Origin: Deltaproteobacteria bacterium
Lineage (GTDB): Bacteria > Myxococcota_A > UBA796 > SXON01
Reading direction: 5' to 3'
DNA length: 64,000 bases
Assembly (NCBI GenBank): GCA_947445035.1
Contig: CANFCK010000011.1
Span: 81,567-145,566, forward strand
Shown: positions 53,971 through 61,687 of the stretch, piece after piece
How positions within the stretch are numbered: position 1 is the stretch's first letter
How the letters are laid out: each line of letters begins with the position of its first letter
The notes under the pieces: model-generated
What the model was told of the DNA's origin: nothing
Database searches by the model: none
Seen by the model: only the letters and a program-made list of their open reading frames with translations
Position numbers and translations under genes: made by a program

Positions 53971-55217
53971 TGCAGCACGTCCGCGAGTGCGGCGACAAAG
54001 CCCTGGGCCTGGGCGGCGGTGAGGCCGTACGGCGGTGTGAGCCCGAGCGCTTCGGCTCGCTCGCCGCAAGGCAGGACGATGTAGCCGCGGTCGAGCAGAT
54101 CGTGGGTGACCTGGAGGGCACCTTTGACATGGACACCGAGCATCATGCCTCGCCCGGTGACCTTCGACACGCCGGGAACCTGCCGCAGCGCCGCCGCCAA
54201 CACCGCGCCGGTGGTTGCCGCGATCGGCGTCAACCGATCCAGTTCGCCGAGGGTCGCGAGCGCGGCCGCGCAGCCGACGGGGTGCCCCAAGAAGGTCTGG
54301 GTGTGGATCGCCGCGCCGGTGCTTGCTCCCCAAGCGTCCATTGCCGCCGCGGTGCCCAGGCAGGCCGACACCGGAAAGCCGCCGCCCAGCGCCTTACCGA
54401 GGCAGAGCAGGTCGGGCTGGAGTTCGCTGGCCAGAAAGCGCCCGGTGCGGCCGCAGCCACTGTAGATCTCGTCGTGAATGACCAGCGCGCCGGCAGCCTG
54501 CGCGGCCGCGTGGAGCTGGACGAGCCATCCGTCCGGCGGCTCGCGCATCCCGCCCCGGCCCTGGATCGGCTCGACGAGCACCGCCGCCACCTCAGAAAGC
54601 GTGCTGGCATCAGGCAGCACGCCTCCGAACGGCGCCCAGGTGACGTGGGTACCCAAGAGCCGCTGAAACGGCTGGCGCATGGTGTGACCGAGATAGCCGA
54701 GCGTCGCGAGCGGCCCGAATGCGAGCCCATGATACCCACCGTCAAAGGCAATGATTCGGTGACGACCGGTGGCGACGACCGCCGTCTTGACCGCCGCGTC
54801 GATGGCGTCGCTGCCGGAGCTGCCCAAGATCACCCGCGCCAACCCCGTTCGGCGGGCCAAGGCCTCCATCAGCTCGATCCGCCGCGGGTCGGGGAACGCG
54901 TCCCCCATGGCATGGACCAGGACCTCACACTGCGCTTTGACCGCCGCGATCACCGTTGGATTCCGGTGGCCCACCGCCGCGACGCCGAATCCAGCAGTGA
55001 GATCGACGAAGACGTTGCCGTCGACGTCAGTCACGTTCTGGCCAACCGCCTCGGACCAGACGACCGGATCGGTGTCCGTCGCGCCGATCTGCACGGCCCG
55101 GCGTGCACGCCGCGCAGTGATGGCCGGGCACTCGACTTGGGAGAGTCGGTCCACCCAAGCGTGACTCTTGGGGCCGGGGACGGTGGAGACGAGCGAGGGG
55201 AGGGCGGTTCCAGACAC
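53958..55217 (-). CDS. Class-III (PLP) aminotransferase
   Basis: STVPGPKS, GYHG, VIHDEIYSGCGRTGRF, PLP-Lys block LCLGKALGGGFP. GTG 55217 chosen because the upstream part of the track ORF is junk. Confidence 0.85.
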   Translation of the reverse strand: MSGTALPSLVSTVPGPKSHAWVDRLSQVECPAITARRARRAVQIGATDTDPVVWSEAVGQNVTDVDGNVFVDLTAGFGVAAVGHRNPTVIAAVKAQCEVLVHAMGDAFPDPRRIELMEALARRTGLARVILGSSGSDAIDAAVKTAVVATGRHRIIAFDGGYHGLAFGPLATLGYLGHTMRQPFQRLLGTHVTWAPFGGVLPDASTLSEVAAVLVEPIQGRGGMREPPDGWLVQLHAAAQAAGALVIHDEIYSGCGRTGRFLASELQPDLLCLGKALGGGFPVSACLGTAAAMDAWGASTGAAIHTQTFLGHPVGCAAALATLGELDRLTPIAATTGAVLAAALRQVPGVSKVTGRGMMLGVHVKGALQVTHDLLDRGYIVLPCGERAEALGLTPPYGLTAAQAQGFVAALADVLQWQR

Positions 55218-55271
55218 CAGGGCGGCTATCCTCTCGGTCAGGCGCCCGTTGTCGGATACACTGCCGGCGCG

Positions 55272-56708
55272 ATGCCGCTCTACCTTATCCTCGCCTGCAA
55301 GGAGCCCGTCACCGAGGTGATCGCCCCCGAAGACGGGTCGGTCACCCTCACCTTTGTCAACCCCACCTCTTGCGGGAGTTGCGACCCCTTCGAGGGGGTC
55401 GAACAGCTTCGGATCGACGTGGTGGTCGACGGTGCGGTTGTGGATGCGGCGACGTTTCAATGGCCATCAGAGGCGCTGACGTTGCCTTCGTTGGATGGTT
55501 TCGGTGTGGTGCAGGTGCAGCTGCGCGGGTTGGCGGCCGGGGTGGTGGTCAGCTTTGGGCAGACGCCGGAGTTGGCGGTGGGTCCGGGGCTGGCGTTGGA
55601 CCTCCCGGTGACGTTTTTGCCGGTCAACCGCGCGTTGCCGCTGACCCAGCCCATGGCCGCGGGTCGCCGGCGTCACGGATCCGTTGCGCTTCGGGACGGG
55701 CGCACGATGCTCTTCGGGGGCCTCAACCGTGGGGGCGATCCGATCGACACCGTGGAGTACTACGATCCGAAGGACGGGAGCTTCGCCCTGGCGGAATTCG
55801 TCCTCCCCGCGCCAGTCGCGGAGAGTCGTGTCGCCGAGGTGCCGGTCACCGGCGAACGGTTCTTCTTCGGGGGGGTCGGGTCGGTCTCCTCCGGCGTGGA
55901 CGTGGCCTCCACGGCGCTCTATGAGTTCATCGAGGAGCTCGACACCATCGAGTCGATAGAGCCTTTGGGCATCGCAAGGAAGGACCACTGCGTCTCGACG
56001 TTTGCGGATACGCAGGTCATCGCGTTTGGCGGGCACGACTCGGACAGCACCGCAGCCGAGTTCTTGCGCTTCGACCTGGCGGAGGACAGGTGGCACCTGT
56101 CGTCGCTGGCGCTCTCAGACTTCGATGATCGTAAGGTCGCCGGGTGCATTCCCCTGGCGGACGGCCGTACGTTCGTACAGGGGAGCGCGGTCGCGTCCAC
56201 CGGAATATGGGCGTTCACCGAGGAAATGGTGGGGACCGTCGACCCGTCGGCGGCTTTTCTGCCGACGCCGCCCGACGACCCGGGGAGCGCCGCGGCGTTC
56301 GTCGTCGGGTCGTCGATGGTCGCGCTCGCCGATGGGGACGCCTGGGTTGGGGGCGGAATGGATCCACGCACGGGTCAATCGGCCGCCACGGCCCGAGAAT
56401 TTCGGGCGGCCACGATGCGCTTCGACCCTGCGGATGCCCAACCGGACGCCCGAAACTGGGGTGTGCTCCGCCGTGTCGATGATCGCGGCACCGTGGTCTG
56501 GGGCTGCGGATGGCGCGATCTTGCCCGGGAGCAGGCCGCGTCGTCGATCGCGGTGTTCAACGTGGAGATCGGGAGCGTCGGCGGGCGTATCGAGCTGCTG
56601 GAGAGCCGATCGGGTTGCGACGTCGCGGTCTTGCCGGACGGGTCGGTCCTGGTGACAGGGGGAGGTGCGGGGCCGAGCGCGGAGATCGTGGTGCCGTATT
56701 CTCAATAG
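55272..56708 (+). CDS. Lipoprotein with Kelch-like beta-propeller
   Basis: Lipobox MPLYLILAC. Recurrent blade motifs (RTMLFGGL, ERFFFGGV, VIAFGGHD, WVGGGMD, VLVTGGG) about 50 aa apart. Confidence 0.6.
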   Translation: MPLYLILACKEPVTEVIAPEDGSVTLTFVNPTSCGSCDPFEGVEQLRIDVVVDGAVVDAATFQWPSEALTLPSLDGFGVVQVQLRGLAAGVVVSFGQTPELAVGPGLALDLPVTFLPVNRALPLTQPMAAGRRRHGSVALRDGRTMLFGGLNRGGDPIDTVEYYDPKDGSFALAEFVLPAPVAESRVAEVPVTGERFFFGGVGSVSSGVDVASTALYEFIEELDTIESIEPLGIARKDHCVSTFADTQVIAFGGHDSDSTAAEFLRFDLAEDRWHLSSLALSDFDDRKVAGCIPLADGRTFVQGSAVASTGIWAFTEEMVGTVDPSAAFLPTPPDDPGSAAAFVVGSSMVALADGDAWVGGGMDPRTGQSAATAREFRAATMRFDPADAQPDARNWGVLRRVDDRGTVVWGCGWRDLAREQAASSIAVFNVEIGSVGGRIELLESRSGCDVAVLPDGSVLVTGGGAGPSAEIVVPYSQ

Positions 56709-56710
56709 GC

Positions 56711-58147
56711 CTACGGCCGATTCCCCTCGATCGCCGCCAATAACTTCTTGTGCAACCCCCCGAACGCGCCGTTGCTCAAGACGGCGACCACATCCCAGGG
56801 CAGCGCGTTCGCCGCCACCACGGCCACGATCTCCTCGGCGGTGGCGTACGAGAAGGCCTCCTGGCCCCGCGCGCGGATTGCGGCGACGAGCTCGTTGCTG
56901 TCGAACCGTTCGCCCTCGGCGATGCGGGCCTGGTCATGGGCGCCGGCTACGATGACGACGTCGGCCGCGCCGAACGCTTCGGCATAGGCCTGCTGAAACA
57001 CTTTGCGACGCGAGGTGGCGCTACGAGGTTCGAAGATGGCCCACAGGCGGCGTTTTCCGAAACGAAGCCGCAGGGATTCCAGGGTCAGCTTCACCGCGGT
57101 GGGGTGGTGGGCGAAGTCGTCGAGGACGGTGATCTTCCGGGGCTCGCCGATCACCTCTTGTCGGCGCTTGACTCCGGCAAAGCTTGAGAAACCACTGGCG
57201 AGTGCCGCGGGGTCGAGTCCTTCCCGTGCCAGGGCCGCGACGGCGGCGACCTGATTGTACAGGTTGTGCTCCCCGACGAGCACGCTCTCGAAACGACCCC
57301 AGAGGTTGCCGTCGTGGAGGACCGCGAAGGTCTGCATTCCGCGAGCAGTATCGACCCCTTCGATGCGCCCGTCCCAACTCTGGCCGGCGCCATAATGCCG
57401 GAGCTCGCAGCGTGCTTCCAGACACACATCGCGGACGTCGTCGTGGTCCCAACGGGCCACGATACAACCGTCTTGGGGCACAATGGCAACGAGCTTTCGG
57501 AAGCTTCGCTTTATGTGGTCGAGGTCGGTGTAGATGTCGGCGTGATCGAACTCGACAGACGTGATCAGCGCGGTCTTGGGTCGGTAGTGTAGGAACTTGG
57601 GGCCCTTGTCGAAGAAGGCAGTGTCATATTCATCGCCCTCGATGACAAATTGGCGCCCGGTGCCGGTGCGCGCGGTCCGGTCGAAGTTCAGGGCCACCCC
57701 GCCGATGAGGAAGCCCGGTGACAGGCCCGCGGCATCGAGCAGGTGCGCGGCCAGCGCCGTGGTCGTGGTCTTTCCATGCGTGCCGGAAACGACAATGCTC
57801 TGTCGCGACTCGAGGAACCGCGCCCCGAGCAGCTGCGGCATCGACGCGTAGGTGAGCGGACCCGCCAGGAGGGCCTGCGCCTCTTCGTACTCGGCGCGGA
57901 TGACGTTGCCGACCACGACGAGATCGGGGTTGTGTGCAAGATTCGAGGCATTGTAGCCTATCATCACGTCGATGCCCAACGACGCGAGGTAGTCGCTCAT
58001 CGGGGGGTACACGCCGGTATCGCTACCGGTGACGCGGTATCCAGCGTCTTTGAGCATGCCGGCGAACGCGGCCATCGCCGTGCCGCCGATGCCCATGATG
58101 TGGACGGACTGGACGGTGTCGGGAAGGGGGCCCGAGAGGAGCGGCAT
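56711..58147 (-). CDS. mpl: UDP-N-acetylmuramate:L-Ala-D-Glu-meso-DAP ligase (murein peptide ligase)
   Basis: VHIMGIGGTAMAAFAGMLKDAGYRVTGSD..YPPMS, VSGTHGKTTTT, Mur-ligase C-terminal domain. Confidence 0.88.
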   Translation of the reverse strand: MPLLSGPLPDTVQSVHIMGIGGTAMAAFAGMLKDAGYRVTGSDTGVYPPMSDYLASLGIDVMIGYNASNLAHNPDLVVVGNVIRAEYEEAQALLAGPLTYASMPQLLGARFLESRQSIVVSGTHGKTTTTALAAHLLDAAGLSPGFLIGGVALNFDRTARTGTGRQFVIEGDEYDTAFFDKGPKFLHYRPKTALITSVEFDHADIYTDLDHIKRSFRKLVAIVPQDGCIVARWDHDDVRDVCLEARCELRHYGAGQSWDGRIEGVDTARGMQTFAVLHDGNLWGRFESVLVGEHNLYNQVAAVAALAREGLDPAALASGFSSFAGVKRRQEVIGEPRKITVLDDFAHHPTAVKLTLESLRLRFGKRRLWAIFEPRSATSRRKVFQQAYAEAFGAADVVIVAGAHDQARIAEGERFDSNELVAAIRARGQEAFSYATAEEIVAVVAANALPWDVVAVLSNGAFGGLHKKLLAAIEGNRP

Positions 58148-58190
58148 GGGGGGAGACCGAGGGTGAGGAGGGAGGGCGATCTAATCGTGC

Positions 58191-58832
58191 GTGGGCCGCC
58201 AGCCACGCGGATATGTGGCACTCGTGCTCATCGTCTTCGCGCGCGTACCTGAGCCCGGCACCACCAAGACTCGTCTGATCCCGCGCCTTGGCCCCGCTGG
58301 CGCAGCCCGCCTCGCCGCGGCCATGACCGGCGATGTGCTCGACACGGTGCGGGCCTCGGGCCTGCCCTTTCGCGTCGCCCTGGACGGTGACGTGCGCCAC
58401 CCGTGGGTGCGAACGCTCGACTGCGAGTGGGAAGCGCAGGTCGCCGGGGACCTCGGCCGCCGACTCACCCATGCGCTGCGCGACGGCGGCGTTGCGGTGG
58501 GCTCCGACGCGCCCACGCTGCCGGCCGGACTCTTGCACGAGGCCCACGCGTCTACGGCGGACATCGTGCTCTCACCCGCCTTCGACGGGGGCTACATCCT
58601 GGTGGGGGTCTCGGATCCGAGTGACATCTTCGAGCTCGTTCCGTGGTCGAGCCCCGAGACCTACGCGCGCCAGCACCAACGGGCGCTCGACCTCGGCCGG
58701 TCGGTGCGGGTCCTTCCATTCTGGTACGACGTCGACCGGCAGGAGGACCTGGATTTTTTGACGACGCACCTGCGGACCCTTCCGGAGCGGGTGGCGCCGC
58801 GGACGCGCAGCTTCCTCAGCGCTGAGCGCTGA
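58191..58832 (+). CDS. DUF2064-family glycosyltransferase-like protein
   Basis: LIVFARVPEPGTTKTRLIPRLGPAGAARLAAAM and DGGYILVG blocks. Confidence 0.65.
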   Translation: MGRQPRGYVALVLIVFARVPEPGTTKTRLIPRLGPAGAARLAAAMTGDVLDTVRASGLPFRVALDGDVRHPWVRTLDCEWEAQVAGDLGRRLTHALRDGGVAVGSDAPTLPAGLLHEAHASTADIVLSPAFDGGYILVGVSDPSDIFELVPWSSPETYARQHQRALDLGRSVRVLPFWYDVDRQEDLDFLTTHLRTLPERVAPRTRSFLSAER

Positions 58833-60044
58833 CCCACGCGCTGACTTCGTCGGGGCGCCGCTCGATCCAGTCGACAAAACACGCGGCCTGGTAATCGTGA
58901 TCGGCCAAGGACCACTCGACCTGGGGATCGACCGCGACGTAGGGGCGGATGCGCTCGTGGGTGGAGGCGGCCTGGCCCGCCAGGTCCATGCTCTCCAGCA
59001 GACCGGCGAGCCCTTCCATCTCGTCAAGGAGCTGCCGGCGGCAGTCGGGCTCGTCCTCGCACCAGCGCGCCAGCCACCCGTAGGCGCCGCTGTAGTCCAC
59101 GTCGAGGTACACCGGCTCGCAAGCCTGGGAAAGGTTCCACGGCGGGTACACGTAGACGAAGGTGGAATCCGCGCCCCAGGGAGTCATGGTGATCTTTTGG
59201 TCGAGCGGATCGGCGTAAATGTGGAAGTTGTTTAGGTTGAAACTATAGCTGTCGGGGTGGTTCAAGACTCGCTCGAGCGCGAGGAACCGCAAGAGTCGCG
59301 TCCAATCGAAGGCGTCGGCGATGTCCTCCAGCCTGCCTCTGGCTACCGCCTCGCACCCGGCGACGACGGCCGCGGCGTCGTAGCCCGCGCCCCCGTACTG
59401 CAGTTCCCAACAGGTACAATCGCTATCCCAGTCGCAACCGCGGGTCATCTCGTAGAGCCCCCCGTGCGGGCCATCCCACCACTGTTCGACGAACTCGCCG
59501 TCCATGGGCTCGACGACCGTGTAGAGCCCGCGCAGCTCGCCGTTGAGGGACACCTCGGCGTAGCCCGACCGCGGCGCGGGGGCGTCGGCTTCCCGCCAGG
59601 TGCGGTAGGCGAGGGTTTCGGCCATCGCCGAGGCGTCCCAGACGTTGTTGTGCAGCCCCAGGTGCTCGTGGCCGAGGAAGGTCTGTCCGGGCACGTAGGC
59701 GTCGAAGTCGACCTTGAGCGCCGGTTTTGAGTCGACGTCCTGGAAAGACGCACTGCCTTTCAGCCGGACCGCGACCCGGTCAATGGTGCCGTTGTCGTGG
59801 ACGAAGCTGCCTTCGACCGGCGTCTTGGGGTCGGTGCGCAGCGCGGCGACCGCGGCGTCGGACAACAGAATGTCGAACCGGTGGACGACCGCATCGTCGT
59901 AGAGGTCCAGGCCAGGCCTCCTCCCGGAAGCTCGCTGGCTTTACCCCCGCCCGGTAGCACCGAGGGTGGGGATTCGACGACGGGTGGAGGGACCACGGCG
60001 GGGGTGCAGCCCGGAAGCAGCAGTCCCGCGACAGCGCAATGCAT
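58816..60044 (-). pseudogene. CotH-family lipoprotein, paralog 3, disrupted by a 5-bp tandem duplication
   Basis: Lipoprotein signal MHCAVAGLLLPGC (ATG 60044) is in one frame. The CotH body (LDLYDDAVVHRFDILLSDAAV...VAVRLKGSASF...LNGELRGLYTVVEP..GGLYE) is in another frame behind a TAA. Deleting one CAGGC copy at 59908-59917 fuses them. Confidence 0.7.
59908..59917. repeat. Tandem pentanucleotide duplication CAGGC-CAGGC
   Basis: caggccaggc read directly. It gives +5 nt, a frame shift between the signal peptide and the CotH domain. Confidence 0.85.
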
Positions 60045-60051
60045 CTCGGCA

Positions 60052-61614
60052 TCATGCCACAGGCTCGTGCGCTCCCAACGCCAACAGCTCCGCGAAGGCC
60101 GCCTCGCCCAGTACGACGGGGTCCTTGACCTGGGCCTCGGGCGCGCCCGCCGCGACACGAACGCTCTTCCAGCGCTCCCAGGCGCTCGGATCGAGCCGGA
60201 GCACCTCGGGAGCCCGGACCCTACCCGTGGCACGGCGGTCGGCGTACTCGAGGTTGTGAGCCATCAGCACGCGGTCGAATGTATCGCATGTATCAAACGG
60301 GAGTTCAGATGGTGTCCCAATGGCAATCCTCAACCACGGAACCTCGGCCCACGCGATGGTGGCGGCGATGGCACCCGCCCCGGGGACGGTGTCTTGCAGT
60401 GCGGCCTGCAGCTGGGCTTCGGTGACACGCTCCCCGACCGCGGACAGTTCGGCCCCTGCGCGACGTAAGAACACCATGCGGGGCGTTCGGCCTTCGAACC
60501 CGGTGATCTGCACGAGGTCACCGAGGTCGTAGCGGTACAGCCCGGCCTCGGTGGTGACCACCAGCCGGTACACATGACCGACCTGAACTTCCCACGCCCA
60601 GTGGGGCACGTTGCCCTCGTCCACGAACTCCAGCAGATGACCGCCGAGCCAGGCGACCGGGTCGCCATCATCGACAGGGACCGCAAAATACCCTTCTGAG
60701 GCGGTGATTCCGACCTCACGCACGGGAATGTCCCGCCCCATCGCGCTCGGCAGCCGATCGACGAAGAACCGGGCCGGACCGCCCTTCCAGCAGTTGAGTC
60801 GGCGAAGCTCCCAAGGCCACGCCGGGGTGTCCGAGAGCGTGCGTCGCGGGAGACCACGGGCGCCGGTGCGGGTCAGCGTGCCGTCGGCGAGATCGCGCCG
60901 GAGTTCTTCCCACCACTCGTGCAATCGCCGAGTGTACAGCAGGATCGTAGAGGGATTGGCGGCCGTCCAGCTGCGGACGTCGGAGGCAAGGGCGTGACGC
61001 AGAATGGTGTATTGTCGGAGGCTCACATCGGGGACCCCGTAGGCCTCGTAGGGAACCGGGGCCCGCCACCGGACCCAGAACGGCTGCGCAAGGAACATCC
61101 GGCCGGTGTTGCTCCCGATGGCAAGACCGCCCGAGCTGTGTCCGGTCACCGCTGGGGAAACCACGGAGAATGCCGAGCCGCCGGCGAGGGCTTCGTCGTC
61201 CCGCAAGAGCCCCAGCACCCACAGGCGTTGGGCGTTGGCGACCGAGCGGGCCCAGGTGGCGGTGACCGGGAGTCGCTTGGGCCCGCCGCTGGTGCCGCTG
61301 GTCTGGACCAGTTGGAGCACCGGTTCCCGGGTGAGGACGCTTTTTTCTCCGGCCTCGACACGATCGAGCCACGGGCGGTGGGCGGCGTGATCGGCGATCG
61401 GTACGGTGGCCCGAAACTCGGCGAGACCTTCGGTTCCCTCCAGACCCTGGGCCCTCGCGAACGCCGTACCCTGCGCCCCGCGGAGAATGGTCGCCAGGCG
61501 CGCCCGTTGCGCCGCTTCGGGCTGGGTCAGGCTGTCCTGGAAGCGCGCGACCGGCGCCCCGCCGAGCGCCCGGAGCAGGCGGTAGGGGCCGTGTCCGTCC
61601 GGCGGGAAAATCAC
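60052..61614 (-). CDS. GH3-family acyl-acid amido synthetase-like adenylating enzyme
   Basis: LVQTSGTSGGPKRLPVT, ANPSTILL, and overall length and order of blocks typical of GH3 proteins. Confidence 0.75.
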   Translation of the reverse strand: MIFPPDGHGPYRLLRALGGAPVARFQDSLTQPEAAQRARLATILRGAQGTAFARAQGLEGTEGLAEFRATVPIADHAAHRPWLDRVEAGEKSVLTREPVLQLVQTSGTSGGPKRLPVTATWARSVANAQRLWVLGLLRDDEALAGGSAFSVVSPAVTGHSSGGLAIGSNTGRMFLAQPFWVRWRAPVPYEAYGVPDVSLRQYTILRHALASDVRSWTAANPSTILLYTRRLHEWWEELRRDLADGTLTRTGARGLPRRTLSDTPAWPWELRRLNCWKGGPARFFVDRLPSAMGRDIPVREVGITASEGYFAVPVDDGDPVAWLGGHLLEFVDEGNVPHWAWEVQVGHVYRLVVTTEAGLYRYDLGDLVQITGFEGRTPRMVFLRRAGAELSAVGERVTEAQLQAALQDTVPGAGAIAATIAWAEVPWLRIAIGTPSELPFDTCDTFDRVLMAHNLEYADRRATGRVRAPEVLRLDPSAWERWKSVRVAAGAPEAQVKDPVVLGEAAFAELLALGAHEPVA

Positions 61615-61687
61615 TGCTGTCGGGTAACCTTCTTCGGTAGCCCCCGGGGTGCCCGCCCGTTACCTTCGCCGGACCTTCGGGTAGGGA

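Noticed and set aside
53964-55271. 5' 436 codons of the 914-aa plus-strand ORF
   Set aside because: Arg-rich junk antisense to the aminotransferase. Only the part from ATG 55272 (lipobox, Kelch-like blades) is credible.
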